This document shows positions 55,909 through 64,000 of a stretch of 64,000 nt of DNA, piece by piece (the stretch's first letter is position 1; every line of letters starts with the position of its first letter). The stretch lies in NCBI GenBank assembly GCA_964584025.1, contig CAZOYE010000010.1, positions 14,515-78,514 of the forward strand, given 5' to 3'. This DNA is from an uncultured Ignavibacteria bacterium. Its GTDB lineage: Bacteria > Zixibacteria > MSB-5A5 > CAIYYT01. A program made the translations under genes and the position numbers. The notes under the pieces are model-generated. The model ran no database searches. It had not been told where the DNA came from and was given only the letters and a program-made list of their open reading frames with translations.

Positions 55909-58900
55909 ATGATACACGAGCAGAAAGCCGATACGAAATCCACCACGACCGCGGCCGAGAACAAGAAACCAAAACGGCGCATGGTCTCCATCGACGGCAA
56001 CACGGCGGTCGCGCATGTCGCGCACGCCACGAACGAAGTTATCGCTATCTACCCGATCACGCCGTCATCGGTGATGGGCGAAATCGCCGACGCGAAGTCG
56101 GCCAAACTCGAACGTAACATCTGGGGGACCATCCCCTCGGTGGTCGAGATGCAATCCGAAGGCGGCGCTTCGGGCGCCTGCCACGGATCATTGACGACCG
56201 GCGCCCTGACCACGACGTTTACAGCCTCCCAGGGCTTGCTCCTGATGATTCCGAACATGTTTAAAATCGCCGGCGAGCTGTCACCGACGGTATTCCACGT
56301 CTCCGCGCGCGCCGTCGCGGTGCAGGCGCTCTCGATTTTCGGCGATCACTCCGACGTCATGGCTACCCGCTCGACCGGCTTTGGCCTGCTGGCCTCCGGC
56401 TCGGTGCAGGAAGTTATGGACAACTCGCTGATCGCGCAGGCGATTGCCCTGCGCTCGCGTCTCCCGTTTGTCCACTTCTTTGACGGTTTCCGAACCTCGC
56501 ACGAGGTTGCCAAGGTTGAAGAGCTGACATTTGACGACATGCGGGCAATGCTCCCGGACGAGTTGATCATCGCCCATCGCATGCGCGCCCTGACACCCGA
56601 TCGCCCGCTCCTGCGCGGTTCGTCGCAAAATCCCGACGTCTACTTCCAGGGCCGCGAACGCGTCAACGAGTTCTATCTCAAAGCGATTCCGCTTGCCCAG
56701 CAGGTGATGGACGAGTTCGCCCAGCTCACCGGTCGCCGGTATCACCTCTTCGACTATATCGGTGCGCCCGATGCCGAGCGCGTCGTCGTGATGATGGGCT
56801 CCGGCGCTGAATGCATGCACGAAACGATTGACCATTTGAAGGCCAAAGGCGAAAAAGTTGGAATGATCAAGGTTCGGCTCTATCGCCCGTTCTCGGTTGA
56901 CGATTTCGCCAAAGCGATACCGGCATCGGTTAAGGCAATTGCCGTGCTCGATCGCACGAAGGAACCGGGCTCGGTAGGTGAGCCGCTCTACACCGACGTG
57001 CAGGCTGCCCTCGAAGAGATGGTTGCCCGCAACATCGCGCCGTTCAAGAAGACGCCGCAGATCGTCGGTGGGCGCTATGGATTGGGTTCCAAGGAATTCA
57101 GCCCGGCGGCTGCCAAGGCCGTACTCGACAATCTCAAGTCAGAAATGTCGAAGAACCACTTCACCGTTGGCATCGTTGACGATGTCACCAACACTTCCCT
57201 GCCGATGGACCCGGATTTTGACACCGAGCCGGCGGATGTGTTCCGCGGTTTGTTCTACGGTCTCGGTTCCGACGGCACCGTCGGTGCGAACAAGAACTCG
57301 ATCAAGATTCTCGGCGAGACCACTGATGGCTATGCCCAGGGTTACTTCGTCTACGACTCCAAGAAGGCCGGCGCGGTAACCGTCTCGCATGTGCGCTTCA
57401 GCCAGCGCCCGATTCAGAGCCCCTATTTGATTTCGCGCGCCAATTTCGTGGCCTGTCACAATTTCTCCTTCGTCGAGAAATACGACATGCTCGGCAAACT
57501 CATCGCCGGCGGGACATTCTTGCTGGCATCGCCGTATTCTGCGACCGAGGTCTGGGATCACCTGCCGATCGAGATGCAGCAGGAGATGATTGACAAGAAG
57601 ATCAAGTTCTACGTGATCGACGCTATCAAGATCGCCAAGGAGCTGGGACTCGGTGCGCGCATTAACATGATCATGCAGACGGCGTTCTTTGAAATCTCGA
57701 AGATTATCCCGCACGACAAAGCGTTCGAGGCAATCAAGAAGGCAATTCATAAGACGTACGGGATCAAGGGTGAGAAGGTCGTGGCAATGAACGTCGCCGC
57801 CGTCGACGCCTCGGCTGCCGGAATTCAGGAAGTCAAGTATCCCGGCAAGGTGACCAGCAAGGCCAAGCGTCCGCCGGTGGTTCCGGATGAGGCTCCTGAC
57901 TTTGTGAAGCTGGTTACCGGTAAGATCATCGAAGGCAAAGGCGACGACCTCCCGGTGAGCGCATTTCCGGATGACGGATCGTACATGACCGCAACGACAC
58001 AATTTGAGAAACGTAACATTGCGATCGATATCCCGGTCTGGGAACCGGAGATTTGTATCCAGTGCAATATCTGCGCGCTGGTCTGTCCGCACGCGGCGAT
58101 TCGTCCCAAAGTTTTTGACCCGGCATTGCTCTCCAAGGCGCCCGCGACCTTTAAGGCAGTTGACGCGATGACCGGACCGATGAAGGGTCTGAAGTACTCA
58201 CTGCAGGTCGCCCCGGAAGACTGCACCGGTTGCGTGGTCTGCGTCGATGCTTGCCCGGCAGTCGCCAAGGACGAACAAGGCAACAAGACCAACCGCAAAG
58301 CGATCAATATGGCGCCGCAGATGCCGCTGCGTGAACAAGAGCGCGTGAACTTTGCGTTCTTCCTTGATCTGCCGGAGCCGGACTATTCGCGTTTCAATAT
58401 GGCGACTGTCAAAGGCAGCCAGTTTGTTACGCCGCTATTCGAATTCTCCGGTGCCTGTGCGGGCTGCGGTGAGACCCCGTACGTGAAACTGATGACGCAA
58501 ATGTTCGGCGACCGCGCCGTGATCGCCAACGCGACCGGCTGCTCGTCGATTTACGGCGGCAACCTGCCGACCACGCCTTACTGCAAACGCTCGGATGGTC
58601 GCGGACCGGCCTGGTCAAACTCGTTGTTTGAGGACAATGCCGAATTCGGATTTGGCATGAGACTGACCATCGACAAAATGCACGAATTCGCGCTCGAGTT
58701 GCTCGCCAAGCTGATGCCGGCGCGAGTGGATGAGTTCCGGCTTGCACCCCAGTCGACGCAAATGGAGATCGAAGCGCTCCGCGTGAAGGTCGACCAATTG
58801 AAGAGCGAGCTGTCGCGGATGAATACTTCTGAAGCAAAGCACTTGCTCGCCGTGGCGGACTACATTGTCAAGAAGTCGGTGTGGATCGTCGGCGGCGACG

Positions 58901-59544
58901 GCTGGGCGTACGATATCGGATTCGGAGGCCTCGACCACGTCATGGCTTCGGGCCGCAACGTCAACTTGCTGGTGCTTGATACCGAGGTTTATTCCAACAC
59001 TGGCGGCCAGATGTCGAAATCGACACCGCTGGGTGCGATCGCGCAGTTCGCCGCGGGCGGACGCCCATCTCCGAAGAAAGATCTCGGATTGGAAATTGCC
59101 AGTTACGGCAACGTTTACGTCGCGCGCGTAGCCATGGGCGCCAGCCCGAATCAGACCGTGAAGGCATTCGCCGAAGCGGAATCTTTCGACGGCCCGTCGC
59201 TGATTATCGCCTACGCTCACTGTATCGCCCACGGCATCGACATGGCCTTCGGTCTCGAAGAGCAGAAGAAGGCCGTGGATTCCGGTCACTGGATCATGTT
59301 TCGCTACGATCCACGCCTGCGCCCCCAGGGCAAGAACCCGTTGCAGCTTGACAGCAAGAAGCCGTCGATACCGTACGCCGAATATGCGTACGGCGAGAAT
59401 CGCTTCCGCGCCCTCAAGTCGCAGAATCCGCAAGCTGCCGCGAAGTTCATCGAGGAAGCGCAAGCGGAAACCAATGCCCGCTGGAGGTACTACGAACAAC
59501 TGGCGGCCATGGATTTCGCGGTCGATCGCGAGTTTCGCAAGTAG
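55909..59544 (+). CDS. nifJ: Pyruvate:ferredoxin (flavodoxin) oxidoreductase, single-polypeptide PFOR
   Basis: 1211 aa. Two 4Fe-4S ferredoxin motifs (CIQCNICALVCPHAAI, CTGCVVCVDACP). TPP-binding GDGW/GGQ region. The biological start may be the internal Met MVSIDGN. Confidence 0.9.
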   Translation: MIHEQKADTKSTTTAAENKKPKRRMVSIDGNTAVAHVAHATNEVIAIYPITPSSVMGEIADAKSAKLERNIWGTIPSVVEMQSEGGASGACHGSLTTGALTTTFTASQGLLLMIPNMFKIAGELSPTVFHVSARAVAVQALSIFGDHSDVMATRSTGFGLLASGSVQEVMDNSLIAQAIALRSRLPFVHFFDGFRTSHEVAKVEELTFDDMRAMLPDELIIAHRMRALTPDRPLLRGSSQNPDVYFQGRERVNEFYLKAIPLAQQVMDEFAQLTGRRYHLFDYIGAPDAERVVVMMGSGAECMHETIDHLKAKGEKVGMIKVRLYRPFSVDDFAKAIPASVKAIAVLDRTKEPGSVGEPLYTDVQAALEEMVARNIAPFKKTPQIVGGRYGLGSKEFSPAAAKAVLDNLKSEMSKNHFTVGIVDDVTNTSLPMDPDFDTEPADVFRGLFYGLGSDGTVGANKNSIKILGETTDGYAQGYFVYDSKKAGAVTVSHVRFSQRPIQSPYLISRANFVACHNFSFVEKYDMLGKLIAGGTFLLASPYSATEVWDHLPIEMQQEMIDKKIKFYVIDAIKIAKELGLGARINMIMQTAFFEISKIIPHDKAFEAIKKAIHKTYGIKGEKVVAMNVAAVDASAAGIQEVKYPGKVTSKAKRPPVVPDEAPDFVKLVTGKIIEGKGDDLPVSAFPDDGSYMTATTQFEKRNIAIDIPVWEPEICIQCNICALVCPHAAIRPKVFDPALLSKAPATFKAVDAMTGPMKGLKYSLQVAPEDCTGCVVCVDACPAVAKDEQGNKTNRKAINMAPQMPLREQERVNFAFFLDLPEPDYSRFNMATVKGSQFVTPLFEFSGACAGCGETPYVKLMTQMFGDRAVIANATGCSSIYGGNLPTTPYCKRSDGRGPAWSNSLFEDNAEFGFGMRLTIDKMHEFALELLAKLMPARVDEFRLAPQSTQMEIEALRVKVDQLKSELSRMNTSEAKHLLAVADYIVKKSVWIVGGDGWAYDIGFGGLDHVMASGRNVNLLVLDTEVYSNTGGQMSKSTPLGAIAQFAAGGRPSPKKDLGLEIASYGNVYVARVAMGASPNQTVKAFAEAESFDGPSLIIAYAHCIAHGIDMAFGLEEQKKAVDSGHWIMFRYDPRLRPQGKNPLQLDSKKPSIPYAEYAYGENRFRALKSQNPQAAAKFIEEAQAETNARWRYYEQLAAMDFAVDREFRK

Positions 59545-59568
59545 GCGGTCGGCGCAGAGCTGAGTAAG

Positions 59569-59601
59569 AACGGGCGGAGAGTTCTCCGCCCGTTTTCGTT
59601 G
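59569..59601 (+). terminator. Rho-independent terminator after PFOR
   Basis: AACGGGCGGAGAG ttc TCCGCCCGTT followed by TTCGTT. Confidence 0.55.
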
Positions 59602-59632
59602 CAGCAGAAGTTCTCGATCACGTACCGAAACA

Positions 59633-59667
59633 CAACGGGCGACCCCTTGGGGTCGCCCGTGTTGTTT
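59633..59667. terminator. Second hairpin in the convergent intergenic region (candidate terminator for the minus-strand subtilisin gene)
   Basis: ACAACGGGCGACCCC ttg GGGTCGCCCGTGTTGT. Confidence 0.35.
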
Positions 59668-59706
59668 ATCCGCTACTACCGGAGCGCGGGAGCAGGTTGC
59701 CAATGA

Positions 59707-62700
59707 CTACGGACAGGCCGCGCAAGGCACGCTGCCGCCCGAGAAGATGTAGCCGATCAGGTACACCGCATCCGAGATGTTCACCAGCGCATCGCAGTTC
59801 GAATCGCCCGCTTCCAGCGGATTCGGCGCCGGACCACCAGAGAAGATATAGGAGATCAGGTACACTGCGTCTGAGATATTCACGATCTCATCCTCGTTGC
59901 AGTCGCCGCACATGTAGAATGGCCCCGGAGGCAACACGTTCAGCGTCGCCGGCAGAATCAGCGGATTGTTCTGCGGCAACGGATCGTTCGACGTGATCTT
60001 CACGTTCGCCTGATAGGTTCCCGTATCCAAATCGGTAGAGACAAACTTCAAGCTCAGCGTGTCCGCTTCTCCCGGCGCCACCGTCCCCGACAGCGGCTCG
60101 ACATACAGCCACTGTTTCGGCTTGGCAAACTCGATCGCCAGGTTCGGATGGATGTAGCTCGTGTTCAGCGACACCTGCAAGCCGTCGGTGCCCCCCAGGT
60201 TCTCCGTCCCGATCGTGTTGCTCGTCAGGTCAAAACCCGCCCCCATGCTCTGGTACTGCAGCTTGATCCCGCCGTCCGGCGACAAGATCATCTGCGCCGT
60301 GATCACATCCCCCGGATTCACCCCCGACTCATATTCGGGATAATTGATCCAGGAAATCACTAAAGCGCCGCCCACGTTCTGATACAGCACCTTCCCCCCC
60401 GGATTGTCCGCATCGTCCGGGTTCAAGTCGGTCCAGCACCAGTAAATCGCGTTGTTCGGCGTCGCCGCCGCCGGAATCGCGGCGTTAAACCGGCTGCCGT
60501 AGTTGTCCGTCGGCCCAAAGCCGATATACCCGTTCGACGCCATGTAAAACTGCGTGTAATTGCCGTCGTAGTACGGGAAGGTGAAACCGATCGGATACGG
60601 CCCGGAGAAGTTGTCGTCATTGAGCGCGCCGATAATATCGGTGCCGGTCGCCGAGATGTCGATCCAGTTGTAGGTCGGGCCGCCCGGATCATCCGAGTCG
60701 ATCCAGATGTAACCAAACGTGTCGGGACCACCCGCATCGTAGATCACGTCCGGACCCCGCGGCGCCTTGTCGCGCTGATCCTTCGGCAACTCGATCGCCG
60801 GCAGCTCGCTCTCACCGTGCGCCGTCTGCACCCGGTCCTGAGCTGCCAGCTCCGCAAAGCGCGCTTCGCTCTTGGTCAGCAGCGGCTGCACCACCACCGA
60901 GTAACTCAGACCGCCCAGACCCGAGTTGTCGATTACCAGTTCATCGTAGGTCGAATCGTCTTCGTGCAGGTTCTCGACGAAGCTGCCCGGGTTGACCGCG
61001 ATCGCCGGACCAAAGTCGATATTGATGTTGTCGACGAACCAGTCATCCAACGCGCCCGCCGTCGCCACCGTGCGGAAGCGGATGCGGAACGCCGAGTGAT
61101 AACCGTTGCTCGGCACGCCGGTCGAGAAGTACGAATAGGCCGTCATATCCGCGCTCGAACCGAGATGGCGCGTCAGTTCTGCCCAGGCGCCGGCATCGGT
61201 GTAGTACTCGACGATCAGATCGTCGCCCGCTTCGGGGCTGTCGCCGCCGCCCTTCTTCTCGTAGTAGTAGCCGATGTTCACCCCGGAGGCGACATTCATA
61301 TTGATCGCCTGCGACATCAGCGTATCGGCCCCCGTCGGATTGCCGTTTAAGCGCACGCTGTTGGGTTCCGACGGTTCGGCGATACCCACCCCGTCGATCG
61401 TCACGTTGGTCCATTGCACCCACAGGCTCGGGTCAACCGTCGTCGTCACGAAGTTGTCGACAAACGGCAGTTCCACCGGTTGTCCCGCCGAGGTCGTGCG
61501 CAGCGACGAACTCTGCGACACCAGCGCATCGGCCTGCGAAGTCGCCGTCACCGTAGCAGTATCAACTTGCCCGTAGAAACTCGCCGGGATAATCACCCGC
61601 GCCTTAAAGTCGAATGTAGCATTCGGCGTCAGGTTCGGCGTTGCCGTGATCTGCGACGACTGCGTCTCATCCCACAACGTCGTCGCCCAGTCCGCGCCAA
61701 ACAGCGACAGATTGTAAGCGTCGTCAAACAAACCGTCGTTCGTCACGGTCAGATCATGCCACACCGTGTCATCTACCGCCCCGGAGCCGAGGGAGATGTC
61801 CGGCGAAAGTAGCACTGCATAGTCGATAACGCTGAACGAGTAGACTTCGGTCGTATCACCCTTGCCGTTGATGGCGTGGGCTTCCATGTAATATGAGATA
61901 TCCGTGCCGGGTCCCTGCGCCGGAATGTATCCGACGTACTCGTTTGGATTGCCGGTCGCAACCAGAGTATCGAGGTAATTTGTTGCCGAAATCGTGTAAT
62001 GCAGAAGCAGCGAATCCGCAATCAGCGCGGCATCGCCAACGATGTTGGCCACGACAGGATAAGGATTCACTGTCTCTTTGGTATCCGGCAAACCTTCGTG
62101 CGAGATAGCAACACCGCAAGGATAGGACTGCACCAGCAACAAGCTGTTGTACACATTGAGTCGTCCACCGGTGACCGTTATGCCGGCCAGCGACGGCTTA
62201 GGATCGGTGCCGTCGAGCAGGTAATCGCGCATGATCAGCGCCAGCGCCCCCGGATTCTGCTTGTAGGCATTTATCATCGTCGGACAGGCTTCCGACCACA
62301 ACAGGGCGATCGCGCCGCAAACGTGCGGCGTCGCCATCGAGGTGCCGGTCAGCGTGGAATAACTCGAGCCCGGAACCGTCGAAAGCACATCGGTGCCCGG
62401 CGCGCCAAGGTCGATCGTCGTAGCACCATAGGCGGCACCGCTGTTCTTCGTATCGGTGCGTGTGGTATTGGTCACCGCAATCATGTAAGGGCTCGGGCAA
62501 GCTGTCGGGATATCGCCCTGAGCGTCAATGTCGATATTGAGATTTGCGGTCGCGCCGGCGTTAAGAACACCGACCGAACCGAGCGAATCATACATCGCGC
62601 ACCAGATCGGGAAATTTGCCGGTTGGCCGAAGTCGACGCCGAACGAGGCATTGGTGGCCACGACAAACGCCCCTTTCAGTCCGTTGGTCTGGTTGTACAG

Positions 62701-63540
62701 GCGCCGCATGGTCAGCGCATACTGGTACGCGCGGACGGCGATCGACTCGGTGCCGGAGGAACCGGCAATAGCCATAACCTTGGCGCCCCAGTTCACGCCA
62801 CTGACGCCGAGGGCGTTATTGCCGCGCGCAGCCGCGATACCGGCCACGTGCGTTCCGTGCGTGTTGCTCGGGATTGAGCCGTCCATCGCGTAGGCATCCC
62901 AGCCGTCATAATCGTCGATGTAACCATTGAGATCATCGTCGATGCCGTTACCGGCGATTTCATTGCGATTCTTGAAGTAGACAATATCGGCGTGGTTGAT
63001 ATCAAAGCCGCCGTCGACGATGGCAACGACGATGGTGTCGCCCGTCGATGTCACGCCGCCCGTCGTGATATCCCAGGCTTCCGGCGCGTCAATGTCGGCG
63101 TCAACTGTGCCGCCTGACTGGCCGGTGTTATTCAGCGCGTACTGCTGGCCGAACTGCGTATCGTTCGGGATCGTCGCGCGCATGGCAATGTGGTGGTTGA
63201 ACTGAACCGCCAGAACGCCGGGATGATATTTCACGTTTTCGAGAAGTTGCTCGCGATCGGCCTTCTGCATTCCCGCATCGTCAAACTCGTAAAGCCAGAC
63301 GTTCAGATCCGGCGCGAGGAGTTCGACCGGGTGAAGATTCACCCCGAAGAAAGCGTCGCCAACAGCTTTGGCGTCCGCATCGCGGGCGACTTGAATCATT
63401 AGCTGATTGGGTTCGTAGGTCGGCTCCTTGATTTGAATGGGTTGGGCCTGGATCGCTGTGGCGACAGCCAATAGCAGAATGGCCATTGCCGTCCACACGC
63501 GCAAATGAGTGCGGGAGGACATTAACGCTCGATCGTTCAT
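59707..63540 (-). CDS. Secreted subtilisin-like serine peptidase (S8) with large C-terminal extension and Cys-capped double dockerin-like CTD
   Basis: Signal peptide. Catalytic triad regions VAIVDGG, HGTHVAGIAAARG, GTSMATPHVCG. C-terminus [29 protein letters not shown]...[33 protein letters not shown]. Confidence 0.85.
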   Translation of the reverse strand: MNDRALMSSRTHLRVWTAMAILLLAVATAIQAQPIQIKEPTYEPNQLMIQVARDADAKAVGDAFFGVNLHPVELLAPDLNVWLYEFDDAGMQKADREQLLENVKYHPGVLAVQFNHHIAMRATIPNDTQFGQQYALNNTGQSGGTVDADIDAPEAWDITTGGVTSTGDTIVVAIVDGGFDINHADIVYFKNRNEIAGNGIDDDLNGYIDDYDGWDAYAMDGSIPSNTHGTHVAGIAAARGNNALGVSGVNWGAKVMAIAGSSGTESIAVRAYQYALTMRRLYNQTNGLKGAFVVATNASFGVDFGQPANFPIWCAMYDSLGSVGVLNAGATANLNIDIDAQGDIPTACPSPYMIAVTNTTRTDTKNSGAAYGATTIDLGAPGTDVLSTVPGSSYSTLTGTSMATPHVCGAIALLWSEACPTMINAYKQNPGALALIMRDYLLDGTDPKPSLAGITVTGGRLNVYNSLLLVQSYPCGVAISHEGLPDTKETVNPYPVVANIVGDAALIADSLLLHYTISATNYLDTLVATGNPNEYVGYIPAQGPGTDISYYMEAHAINGKGDTTEVYSFSVIDYAVLLSPDISLGSGAVDDTVWHDLTVTNDGLFDDAYNLSLFGADWATTLWDETQSSQITATPNLTPNATFDFKARVIIPASFYGQVDTATVTATSQADALVSQSSSLRTTSAGQPVELPFVDNFVTTTVDPSLWVQWTNVTIDGVGIAEPSEPNSVRLNGNPTGADTLMSQAINMNVASGVNIGYYYEKKGGGDSPEAGDDLIVEYYTDAGAWAELTRHLGSSADMTAYSYFSTGVPSNGYHSAFRIRFRTVATAGALDDWFVDNINIDFGPAIAVNPGSFVENLHEDDSTYDELVIDNSGLGGLSYSVVVQPLLTKSEARFAELAAQDRVQTAHGESELPAIELPKDQRDKAPRGPDVIYDAGGPDTFGYIWIDSDDPGGPTYNWIDISATGTDIIGALNDDNFSGPYPIGFTFPYYDGNYTQFYMASNGYIGFGPTDNYGSRFNAAIPAAATPNNAIYWCWTDLNPDDADNPGGKVLYQNVGGALVISWINYPEYESGVNPGDVITAQMILSPDGGIKLQYQSMGAGFDLTSNTIGTENLGGTDGLQVSLNTSYIHPNLAIEFAKPKQWLYVEPLSGTVAPGEADTLSLKFVSTDLDTGTYQANVKITSNDPLPQNNPLILPATLNVLPPGPFYMCGDCNEDEIVNISDAVYLISYIFSGGPAPNPLEAGDSNCDALVNISDAVYLIGYIFSGGSVPCAACP

Positions 63541-63818
63541 GATTTGCTCCTAAAAGTCCCGGGTTGAGGGGTTAAAACGTTCGTCATCGTTGCTCGCATC
63601 GGTGCATGGAAAAGACGTTTCCGCCCAGTGACTTGGGGCCGCTGGGGCGGCGTAAGTATATATCCAGCTTGGCTAAACTAATATAAAGCGTTTAACGCGC
63701 TTGTCAACGAAAGACAACAACAATTCCGGCGCCAATTTGGGGGATTCAACAGATTGCCGACCAAGCCGTTAGCACCCCTGCGGCCTCCCGGATCTCTGGT
63801 CTGAATCAACGTCGGCGC

Positions 63819-64000
63819 CTACGGACATGCCGAGCAAGGGCTGGCGCCGAAATTGAAGAAATAGTTCAACAAAAACACCGCATCTGAAATATCCAAACGC
63901 AGGTCGCAATTCACATCAGCCGATTCAAACTGACTCGGTGCCGCTCCCGCCGCAAAAATGTAGTTCACGATAAACACCGCATCTGAGAAGTTCACCTGCT
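63819..64000 (-). CDS. 3' end of a further gene with Cys-capped double dockerin-like CTD (partial; continues beyond window end; not in supplied ORF track)
   Basis: Reverse-complement translation is QVNFSDAVFIVNYIFAAGAAPSQFESADVNCDLRLDISDAVFLLNYFFNFGASPCSACP*. Confidence 0.6.
   Translation of the reverse strand, partial: QVNFSDAVFIVNYIFAAGAAPSQFESADVNCDLRLDISDAVFLLNYFFNFGASPCSACP

Noticed and set aside
58615-59703. 362-aa minus-strand ORF
   Set aside because: It is antisense to the 3' part of the PFOR gene.
1-64000. CRISPR arrays, IS elements, integrases, rRNA
   Set aside because: No direct-repeat/spacer periodicity, no transposase or recombinase-like ORFs, and no rRNA-like conserved stretches were seen. 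The only repetitive elements are the CTD-coding 3' ends, the (GA)12 tract and the three 15-bp palindromes.

Overview
High-GC (about 58-62%) bacterial chromosomal window with convergent/divergent operons and no rRNA, CRISPR array, transposase or integrase. Fused ccoNO, type IV pili and oxygen-sensitive PFOR suggest a microaerophilic, possibly uncultivated lineage. Core content: a 5'-truncated alkaline-phosphatase-superfamily phosphodiesterase; an NSS (SLC6-like) transporter with an overlapping small ORF; a complete type IV pilus cluster on the minus strand (pilB, pilC, one major pilin, two GspG-like pilin/pseudopilin genes (one small, one large with a Gly10 linker), fused pilMN, pilO, pilP, pilQ); two hemerythrins; a cbb3 oxidase cluster (fused ccoNO, ccoQ-like, ccoP, ccoG, ccoH, ccoS, Cu-ATPase ccoI); tRNA-Leu(CAA); dCMP deaminase; two transglutaminase-like paralogs; an Smr protein; a sigma-54 activator; an SNase-like nuclease plus TPR protein; an S2P protease; an HD-GYP response regulator; PadR; trxB; cobO; Rrf2; dcd; and PFOR. 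The accessory part is the interesting one. At least six large secreted proteins (reprolysin-like metzincin with TSP3 repeats, M43-like metzincin with a beta-helix, S8 subtilisin, an Fn3-containing unknown, a 1630-aa giant, and a partial gene at the window end) share a previously uncharacterised-looking C-terminal module: a tandem pair of dockerin-like Ca-loop repeats capped by Cys residues (CGD...DC...PCxxCP*). A degenerate 3' remnant of this module and a truncated subtilisin fragment sit in a lower-GC island beside a (GA)12 microsatellite. The giant protein carries three Cys-rich tandem modules, a PQQ-like propeller and a divergent dockerin-like tail, which is scaffoldin-like. It is preceded by a 1.3-kb noncoding region containing three spaced copies of a 15-bp palindrome.
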